64,000 nucleotides of DNA. It comes from Auanema rhodensis (taxonomy: Eukaryota; Animalia; Nematoda). The stretch is from positions 20,894,001 to 20,958,000 of the forward strand of contig OZ059896.1 in assembly GCA_964057225.1 (NCBI GenBank). The letters run 5' to 3'. The position numbers and the translations under genes were made by a program. How positions within the stretch are numbered: position 1 is the first letter of the stretch; every line of letters starts with the position of its first letter. A model generated the notes under the pieces. The model saw only the letters and a list, made by a program, of their open reading frames with translations, ran no database searches and was not told the DNA's origin. This document shows, in pieces, positions 1 through 10,300 of the stretch.

Positions 1-36
1 TTAGTTATGATCGTTTGAAAAATGATGCATTAGTGT

Positions 37-64
37 ATGTTGAGTTTCCATGTACACTCAACAT
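37..64. other. Perfect 9-bp inverted repeat with 10-nt spacer (dyad 1), in every monomer; first copy shown
   Basis: ATGTTGAGT (37-45) - TTCCATGTAC - ACTCAACAT (56-64); the arms are exact reverse complements. Confidence 0.95.
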
Positions 65-214
65 TGCTTCCAAAAACAGTTTGACAAAAATTTTTTCGAA
101 AAATTTCAAAATAATTTAGCAAAAAGTAGATGTTTTTAGATTTCTTTTTTCAAGGCAAAGACGATGGACAATGTTATTCAACGAAAAAATTAATTCTTCA
201 GGGTGAAAATCGAG

Positions 215-236
215 GATATAAGTGTGAACTTATATC
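215..236. other. Perfect 9-bp inverted repeat with GTGA 4-nt loop (dyad 3); first copy shown
   Basis: GATATAAGT (215-223) - GTGA - ACTTATATC (228-236); the arms are exact reverse complements. Confidence 0.95.
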
Positions 237-253
237 AGTTGATATCTCGGTGC

Positions 254-304
254 ATTTTTAAGCTAGCGCAAATCTGATAACACAGATCGACGCAGCTTAA
301 AAAT
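254..304. other. 51-nt imperfect hairpin (dyad 4); first copy shown
   Basis: ATTTTTAAGCT (254-264) / AGCTTAAAAAT (294-304), then GCG/CGC, then ATCTG (272-276) / CAGAT (283-287) around loop ATAACA. The outer arm is perfect in T259 copies and has one mismatch in C259 copies. Confidence 0.9.
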
Positions 305-351
305 CCGCATCGAATGCACTATACTACATTGAGAAACGCTTGATACAAAAA

Positions 352-1755
352 TTAGTTATGATCGTTTGAAAAATGATGCATTAGTGTATGTTGAGTTTCC
401 ATGTACACTCAACATTGCTTCCAAAAACATTTTGACAAAAATTTTTTCGAAAAATTTCAAAATAATTTAGCAAAAAGTAGATGTTTTTAGATTCCATTTT
501 TCAAGGCAAAGACGATAGACAATGTTATTCAACGAAAAAATTAATTCTTCAGGGTGAAAATCGAGGATATATGTGTGAACTTATATCAGTTGATATCTCG
601 GTGCATTTTTAAGCTAGCGCAAATCTGATAACACAGTTCGACGCAGCTTAAAAATCCACATCGAATGCACTTTACTACATTGAGAAACGCTTGATACAAA
701 AATTAGTTATGATCGTTTGAAAAATGATGCATTAGTGTATGTTGAGTTTCCATGTACACTCAACATTGCTTCCAAAAACATTTTGACAAAAATTTTTTCG
801 AAAAATTTCAAAATAATTTAGCAAAAAGTAGATGTTTTTAGATTCCTTTTTTCAAGGCAAAGACGATAGACAATGTTATTCAACGAAAAAAATAATTCTT
901 CAGGGTGAAAATCGAGGATATAAGTGTGAACTTATATCAGTTGATATCTCGGTGCATTTCTAAGCTAGCGCAAATCTGATAACACAGATCGACGCAGCTT
1001 AAAAATCCGCATCGAATGCACTATACTACATTGAGAAACGCTTGATACAAAAATTAGTTATGATCGTTTGAAAAATGATGCATTAGTGTATGTTGAGTTT
1101 CCATGTACACTCAACATTGCTTCCAAAAACATTTTGACAAAAATTTTTTCGAAAAATTTCAAAATAATTTAGCAAAAAGTAGATGTTTTTAGATTCCATT
1201 TTTCAAGGCAAAGACGATAGACAATGTTATTCAACGAAAAAATTAATTCTTCAGGGTGAAAATCGAGGATATATGTGTGAACTTATATCAGTTGATATCT
1301 CGGTGCATTTTTAAGCTAGCGCAAATCTGATAACACAGTTCGACGCAGCTTAAAAATCCACATCGAATGCACTTTACTACATTGAGAAACGCTTGATACA
1401 AAAATTAGTTATGATCGTTTGAAAAATGATGCATTAGTGTATGTTGAGTTTCCATGTACACTCAACATTGCTTCCAAAAACATTTTGACAAAAATTTTTT
1501 CGAAAAATTTCAAAATAATTTAGCAAAAAGTAGATGTTTTTAGATTCCTTTTTTCAAGGCAAAGACGATAGACAATGTTATTCAACGAAAAAAATAATTC
1601 TTCAGGGTGAAAATCGAGGATATAAGTGTGAACTTATATCAGTTGATATCTCGGTGCATTTCTAAGCTAGCGCAAATCTGATAACACAGATCGACGCAGC
1701 TTAAAAATCCGCATCGAATGCACTATACTACATTGAGAAACGCTTGATACAAAAA
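352..1755. repeat. Local higher-order duplication: 2-mer (702 bp) x2 (U2-U3 = U4-U5)
   Basis: U2 and U4 share A221T, A286T, G307A, A321T; U3 and U5 share A145T, T190A, C258. Confidence 0.85.
429..463. other. Imperfect A/T-tract palindrome centred on TTTTTCGAAAAA (dyad 2; monomer positions 78-112), second copy shown
   Basis: Core 12-bp palindrome TTTTTCGAAAAA (monomer 92-103), with outer arms ATTTTGA (78-84) and TCAAAAT (106-112). Confidence 0.85.
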
Positions 1756-2457
1756 TTAGTTATGATCGTTTGAAAAATGATGCATTAGTGTATGTTGAGT
1801 TTCCATGTACACTCAACATTGCTTCCAAAAACATTTTGACAAAAATTTTTTCGAAAAATTTCAAAATAATTTAGCAAAAAGTAGATGTTTTTAGATTCCA
1901 TTTTTCAAGGCAAAGACGATAGACAATGTTATTCAACGAAAAAATTAATTCTTCAGGGTGAAAATCGAGGATATAAGTGTGAACTTATATCAGTTGATAT
2001 CTCGGTGCATTTTTAAGCTAGCGCAAATCTGATAACACAGATCGACGCAGCTTAAAAATCCGCATCGAATGCACTATACTACATTGAGAAACGCTTAATA
2101 CACAAATTAGTTATGATCGTTTGAAAAATGATGCATTAGTGTATGTTGAGTTTCCATGTACACTCAACATTGCTTCCAAAAACAGTTTGACAAAAATTTT
2201 TTCGAAAAATTTCAAAATAATTTAGCAAAAAGTAGATGTTTTTAGATTTCTTTTTTCAAGGCAAAGACGATGGACAATGTTATTCAACGAAAAAATTAAT
2301 TCTTCAGGGTGAAAATCGAGGATATAAGTGTGAACTTATATCAGTTGATATCTCGGTGCATTTTTAAGCTAGCGCAAATCTGATAACACAGATCGACGCA
2401 GCTTAAAAATCCGCATCGAATGCACTATACTACATTGAGAAACGCTTGATACAAAAA

Positions 2458-3861
2458 TTAGTTATGATCGTTTGAAAAATGATGCATTAGTGTATGTTGA
2501 GTTTCCATGTACACTCAACATTGCTTCCAAAAACATTTTGACAAAAATTTTTTCGAAAAATTTCAAAATAATTTAGCAAAAAGTAGATGTTTTTAGATTT
2601 CTTTTTTCAAGGCAAAGACGATGAACAATGTTATTCAACGAAAAAATTAATTCTTCAGGGTGAAAATCGAGGATATAAGTGTGAACTTATATCAGTTGAT
2701 ATCTCGGTGCATTTTTAAGCTAGCGCAAATCTGATAACACAGATCGACGCAGCTTAAAAATCCGCATCGAATGCACTATACTACATCAAGAAACGCTTGA
2801 TACAAAAATTAGTTATGATCGTTTGAAAAATGATGCATTAGTGTATGTTGAGTTTCCATGTACACTCAACATTGCTTCCAAAAACATTTTGACAAAAATT
2901 TTTTCGAAAAATTTCAAAATAATTTAGCAAGAAGTAGATGTTTTTAGATTTCTTTTTTCAAGGCAAAGACGATGGACAATGTTATTCAACGAAAAAATTA
3001 ATTCTTCAGGGTGAAAATCGAGGATATAAGTGTGAACTTATATCAGTTGATATCTCGGTGCATTTTTAAGCTAGCGCAAATCTGATAACACAGATCGACG
3101 CAGCTTAAAAATCCGCATCGAATGCACTATACTACATTGAGAAACGCTTGATACAAAAATTAGTTATGATCGTTTGAAAAATGATGCATTAGTGTATGTT
3201 GAGTTTCCATGTACACTCAACATTGCTTCCAAAAACATTTTGACAAAAATTTTTTCGAAAAATTTCAAAATAATTTAGCAAAAAGTAGATGTTTTTAGAT
3301 TTCTTTTTTCAAGGCAAAGACGATGAACAATGTTATTCAACGAAAAAATTAATTCTTCAGGGTGAAAATCGAGGATATAAGTGTGAACTTATATCAGTTG
3401 ATATCTCGGTGCATTTTTAAGCTAGCGCAAATCTGATAACACAGATCGACGCAGCTTAAAAATCCGCATCGAATGCACTATACTACATCAAGAAACGCTT
3501 GATACAAAAATTAGTTATGATCGTTTGAAAAATGATGCATTAGTGTATGTTGAGTTTCCATGTACACTCAACATTGCTTCCAAAAACATTTTGACAAAAA
3601 TTTTTTCGAAAAATTTCAAAATAATTTAGCAAGAAGTAGATGTTTTTAGATTTCTTTTTTCAAGGCAAAGACGATGGACAATGTTATTCAACGAAAAAAT
3701 TAATTCTTCAGGGTGAAAATCGAGGATATAAGTGTGAACTTATATCAGTTGATATCTCGGTGCATTTTTAAGCTAGCGCAAATCTGATAACACAGATCGA
3801 CGCAGCTTAAAAATCCGCATCGAATGCACTATACTACATTGAGAAACGCTTGATACAAAAA
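2458..3861. repeat. Local higher-order duplication: 2-mer x2 (U8-U9 = U10-U11)
   Basis: U8 and U10 share GATGAAC and CATCAAG variants; U9 and U11 share A123G, TTTCTT and GATGGAC. Confidence 0.85.
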
Positions 3862-6800
3862 TTAGTTATGATCGTTTGAAAAATGATGCATTAGTGTATG
3901 TTGAGTTTCCATGTACACTCAACATTGCTTCCAAAAACATTTTGACAAAAATTTTTTCGAAAAATTTCAAAATAATTTAGCAAGAAGTAGATGTTTTTAG
4001 ATTCCATTTTTCAAGGCAAAGACGATAGACAATGTTATTCAACGAAAAAATTAATTCTTCAGGGTGAAAATCGAGGATATATGTGTGAACTTATATCAGT
4101 TGATATCTCGGTGCATTTTTAAGCTAGCGCAAATCTGATAACACAGATCGACGCAGCTTAAAAATCCACATCGAATGCACTTTACTACATTGAGAAACGC
4201 TTGATACAAAAATTAGTTATGATCGTTTGAAAAATGATGCATTAGTGTATGTTGAGTTTCCATGTACACTCAACATTGCTTCCAAAAACATTTTGACAAA
4301 AATTTTTTCGAAAAATTTCAAAATAATTTAGCAAAAAGTAGATGTTTTTAGATTCCATTTTTCAAGGCAAAGACGATAGACAATGTTATTCAACGAAAAA
4401 ATTAATTCTTCAGGGTGAAAATCGAGGATATAAGTGTGAACTTATATCAGTTGATATCTCGGTGCATTTTTAAGCTAGCGCAAATCTGATAACACAGATC
4501 GACGCAGCTTAAAAATCCGCATCGAATGCACTATACTACATTGAGAAACGCTTAATACACAAATTAGTTATGATCGTTTGAAAAATGATGCATTAGTGTA
4601 TGTTGAGTTTCCATGTACACTCAACATTGCTTCCAAAAACAGTTTGACAAAAATTTTTTCGAAAAATTTCAAAATAATTTAGCAAAAAGTAGATGTTTTT
4701 AGATTTCTTTTTTCAAGGCAAAGACGATGGACAATGTTATTCAACGAAAAAATTAATTCTTCAGGGTGAAAATCGAGGATATAAGTGTGAACTTATATCA
4801 GTTGATATCTCGGTGCATTTTTAAGCTAGCGCAAATCTGATAACACAGATCGACGCAGCTTAAAAATCCGCATCGAATGCACTATACTACATCAAGAAAC
4901 GCTTGATACAAAAATTAGTTATGATCGTTTGAAAAATGATGCATTAGTGTATGTTGAGTTTCCATGTACACTCAACATTGCTTCCAAAAACATTTTGACA
5001 AAAATTTTTTCGAAAAATTTCAAAATAATTTAGCAAAAAGTAGATGTTTTTAGATTCCATTTTTCAAGGCAAAAACGATAGACAATGTTATTCAACGAAA
5101 AAATTAATTCTTCAGGGTGAAAATCGAGGATATAAGTGTGAACTTATATCAGTTGATATCTCGGTGCATTTTTAAGCTAGCGCAAATCTGATAACACAGA
5201 TCGACGCAGCTTAAAAATCCGCATCGAATGCACTATACTACATTGAGAAACGCTTAATACACAAATTAGTTATGATCGTTTGAAAAATGATGCATTAGTG
5301 TATGTTGAGTTTCCATGTACACTCAACATTGCTTCCAAAAACAGTTTGACAAAAATTTTTTCGAAAAATTTCAAAATAATTTAGCAAAAAGTAGATGTTT
5401 TTAGATTTCTTTTTTCAAGGCAAAGACGATGGACAATGTTATTCAACGAAAAAATTAATTCTTCAGGGTGAAAATCGAGGATATAAGTGTGAACTTATAT
5501 CAGTTGATATCTCGGTGCATTTTTAAGCTAGCGCAAATCTGATAACACAGATCGACGCAGCTTAAAAATCCGCATCGAATGCACTATACTACATTGAGAA
5601 ACGCTTGATACAAAAATTAGTTATGATCGTTTGAAAAATGATGCATTAGTGTATGTTGAGTTTCCATGTACACTCAACATTGCTTCCAAAAACATTTTGA
5701 CAAAAATTTTTTCGAAAAATTTCAAAATAATTTAGCAAAAAGTAGATGTTTTTAGATTTCTTTTTTCAAGGCAAAGACGATGGACAATGTTATTCAACGA
5801 AAAAATTAATTCTTCAGGGTGAAAATCGAGGATATAAGTGTGAACTTATATCAGTTGATATCTCGGTGCATTTTTAAGCTAGCGCAAATCTGATAACACA
5901 GATCGACGCAGCTTAAAAATCCGCATCGAATGCACTATACTACATTGAGAAACGCTTGATACAAAAATTAGTTATGATCGTTTGAAAAATGATGCATTAG
6001 TGTATGTTGAGTTTCCATGTACACTCAACATTGCTTCCAAAAACATTTTGACAAAAATTTTTTCGAAAAATTTCAAAATAATTTAGCAAGAAGTAGATGT
6101 TTTTAGATTCCATTTTTCAAGGCAAAAACGATAGACAATGTTATTCAACGAAAAAATTAATTCTTCAGGGTGAAAATCGAGGATATAAGTGTGAACTTAT
6201 ATCAGTTGATATCTCGGTGCATTTTTAAGCTAGCGCAAATCTGATAACACAGATCGACGCAGCTTAAAAATCCGCATCGAATGCACTATACTACATCAAG
6301 AAACGCTTGATACAAAAATTAGTTATGATCGTTTGAAAAATGATGCATTAGTGTATGTTGAGTTTCCATGTACACTCAACATTGCTTCCAAAAACATTTT
6401 GACAAAAATTTTTTCGAAAAATTTCAAAATAATTTAGCAAAAAGTAGATGTTTTTAGATTCCATTTTTCAAGGCAAAAACGATAGACAATGTTATTCAAC
6501 GAAAAAATTAATTCTTCAGGGTGAAAATCGAGGATATAAGTGTGAACTTATATCAGTTGATATCTCGGTGCATTTTTAAGCTAGCGCAAATCTGATAACA
6601 CAGATCGACGCAGCTTAAAAATCCGCATCGAATGCACTATACTACATTGAGAAACGCTTAATACACAAATTAGTTATGATCGTTTGAAAAATGATGCATT
6701 AGTGTATGTTGAGTTTCCATGTACACTCAACATTGCTTCCAAAAACAGTTTGACAAAAATTTTTTCGAAAAATTTCAAAATAATTTAGCAAAAAGTAGAT

Positions 6801-7371
6801 GTTTTTAGATTTCTTTTTTCAAGGCAAAGACGATGGACAATGTTATTCAACGAAAAAATTAATTCTTCAGGGTGAAAATCGAGGATATAAGTGTGAACTT
6901 ATATCAGTTGATATCTCGGTGCATTTTTAAGCTAGCGCAAATCTGATAACACAGATCGACGCAGCTTAAAAATCCGCATCGAATGCACTATACTACATTG
7001 AGAAACGCTTGATACAAAAATTAGTTATGATCGTTTGAAAAATGATGCATTAGTGTATGTTGAGTTTCCATGTACACTCAACATTGCTTCCAAAAACATT
7101 TTGACAAAAATTTTTTCGAAAAATTTCAAAATAATTTAGCAAAAAGTAGATGTTTTTAGATTTCTTTTTTCAAGGCAAAGACGATGGACAATGTTATTCA
7201 ACGAAAAAATTAATTCTTCAGGGTGAAAATCGAGGATATAAGTGTGAACTTATATCAGTTGATATCTCGGTGCATTTTTAAGCTAGCGCAAATCTGATAA
7301 CACAGATCGACGCAGCTTAAAAATCCGCATCGAATGCACTATACTACATTGAGAAACGCTTGATACAAAAA

Positions 7372-10300
7372 TTAGTTATGATCGTTTGAAAAATGATGCA
7401 TTAGTGTATGTTGAGTTTCCATGTACACTCAACATTGCTTCCAAAAACATTTTGACAAAAATTTTTTCGAAAAATTTCAAAATAATTTAGCAAAAAGTAG
7501 ATGTTTTTAGATTTCTTTTTTCAAGGCAAAGACGATAGACAATGTTATTCAACGAAAAAATTAATTCTTCAGGGTGAAAATCGAGGATATAAGTGTGAAC
7601 TTATATCAGTTGATATCTCGGTGCATTTTTAAGCTAGCGCAAATCTGATAACACAGATCGACGCAGCTTAAAAATCCGCATCGAATGCACTATACTACAT
7701 TGAGAAACACTTAATACACAAATTAGTTATGATCGTTTGAAAAATGATGCATTAGTGTATGTTGAGTTTCCATGTACACTCAACATTGCTTCCAAAAACA
7801 GTTTGACAAAAATTTTTTCGAAAAATTTCAAAATAATTTAGCAAAAAGTAGATGTTTTTAGATTTCTTTTTTCAAGGCAAAGACGATGGACAATGTTATT
7901 CAACGAAAAAATTAATTCTTCAGGGTGAAAATCGAGGATATAAGTGTGAACTTATATCAGTTGATATCTCGGTGCATTTTTAAGCTAGCGCAAATCTGAT
8001 AACACAGATCGACGCAGCTTAAAAATCCGCATCGAATGCACTATACTACATTGAGAAACGCTTGATACAAAAATTAGTTATGATCGTTTGAAAAATGATG
8101 CATTAGTGTATGTTGAGTTTCCATGTACACTCAACATTGCTTCCAAAAACATTTTGACAAAAATTTTTTCGAAAAATTTCAAAATAATTTAGCAAAAAGT
8201 AGATGTTTTTAGATTTCTTTTTTCAAGGCAAAGACGATGGACAATGTTATTCAACGAAAAAATTAATTCTTCAGGGTGAAAATCGAGGATATAAGTGTGA
8301 ACTTATATCAGTTGATATCTCGGTGCATTTTTAAGCTAGCGCAAATCTGATAACACAGATCGACGCAGCTTAAAAATCCGCATCGAATGCACTATACTAC
8401 ATTGAGAAACGCTTGATACAAAAATTAGTTATGATCGTTTGAAAAATGATGCATTAGTGTATGTTGAGTTTCCATGTACACTCAACATTGCTTCCAAAAA
8501 CATTTTGACAAAAATTTTTTCGAAAAATTTCAAAATAATTTAGCAAAAAGTAGATGTTTTTAGATTTCTTTTTTCAAGGCAAAGACGATAGACAATGTTA
8601 TTCAACGAAAAAATTAATTCTTCAGGGTGAAAATCGAGGATATAAGTGTGAACTTATATCAGTTGATATCTCGGTGCATTTTTAAGCTAGCGCAAATCTG
8701 ATAACACAGATCGACGCAGCTTAAAAATCCGCATCGAATGCACTATACTACATTGAGAAACGCTTAATACACAAATTAGTTATGATCGTTTGAAAAATGA
8801 TGCATTAGTGTATGTTGAGTTTCCATGTACACTCAACATTGCTTCCAAAAACAGTTTGACAAAAATTTTTTCGAAAAATTTCAAAATAATTTAGCAAAAA
8901 GTAGATGTTTTTAGATTTCTTTTTTCAAGGCAAAGACGATGGACAATGTTATTCAACGAAAAAATTAATTCTTCAGGGTGAAAATCGAGGATATAAGTGT
9001 GAACTTATATCAGTTGATATCTCGGTGCATTTTCAAGCTAGCGCAAATCTGATAACACAGATCGACGCAGCTTAAAAATCCGCATCGAATGCACTATACT
9101 ACATCAAGAAACGCTTGATACAAAAATTAGTTATGATCGTTTGAAAAATGATGCATTAGTGTATGTTGAGTTTCCATGTACACTCAACATTGCTTCCAAA
9201 AACATTTTGACAAAAATTTTTTCGAAAAATTTCAAAATAATTTAGCAAGAAGTAGATGTTTTTAGATTTCTTTTTTCAAGGCAAAGACGATGGACAATGT
9301 TATTCAACGAAAAAATTAATTCTTCAGGGTGAAAATCGAGGATATAAGTGTGAACTTATATCAGTTGATATCTCGGTGCATTTTTAAGCTAGCGCAAATC
9401 TGATAACACAGATCGACGCAGCTTAAAAATCCGCATCGAATGCACTATACTACATTGAGAAACGCTTGATACAAAAATTAGTTATGATCGTTTGAAAAAT
9501 GATGCATTAGTGTATGTTGAGTTTCCATGTACACTCAACATTGCTTCCAAAAACATTTTGACAAAAATTTTTTCGAAAAATTTCAAAATAATTTAGCAAG
9601 AAGTAGATGTTTTTAGATTCCATTTTTCAAGGCAAAGACGATAGACAATGTTATTCAACGAAAAAATTAATTCTTCAGGGTGAAAATCGAGGATATAAGT
9701 GTGAACTTATATCAGTTGATATCTCGGTGCATTTTTAAGCTAGCGCAAATCTGATAACACAGATCGACGCAGCTTAAAAATCCACATCGAATGCACTTTA
9801 CTACATTGAGAAACGCTTGATACAAAAATTAGTTATGATCGTTTGAAAAATGATGCATTAGTGTATGTTGAGTTTCCATGTACACTCAACATTGCTTCCA
9901 AAAACATTTTGACAAAAATTTTTTCGAAAAATTCCAAAATAATTTAGCAAAAAGTAGATGTTTTTAGATTCCTTTTTTCAAGGCAAAGACGATGGACAAT
10001 GTTATTCAACGAAAAAATTAATTCTTCAGGGTGAAAATCGAGGATATAAGTGTGAACTTATATCAGTTGATATCTCGGTGCATTTCTAAGCTAGCGCAAA
10101 TCTGATAACACAGATCGACGCAGCTTAAAAATTCGCATCGAATGCACTATACTACATTGAGAAACGCTTGATACAAAAATTAGTTATGATCGTTTGAAAA
10201 ATGATGCATTAGTGTATGTTGAGTTTCCATGTACACTCAACATTGCTTCCAAAAACATTTTGACAAAAATTTTTTCGAAAAATTTCAAAATAATTTAGCA

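Noticed and set aside
94-110. CENP-B box-like motif at TTTCGAAAAATTTCAAA
   Set aside because: Matches TTCG....A but lacks the required CGGG half of the motif.
215-236. Intrinsic terminator or bacterial promoter calls at hairpins and TTGACA (81-86)
   Set aside because: Stems are AT-rich with no gene context; such motifs are expected by chance in AT-rich satellite DNA.
1-351. 5S rRNA, tRNA or snRNA tandem gene unit
   Set aside because: No recognisable 5S or snRNA sequence, cloverleaf or pol III A/B boxes; I could not run a covariance-model search, which would settle it.
1-351. Assignment to a named ~350-360 bp satellite (Drosophila 1.688/359-bp, Tribolium TCAST)
   Set aside because: Only length and AT-richness are similar; I see no sequence match I can support without a search.
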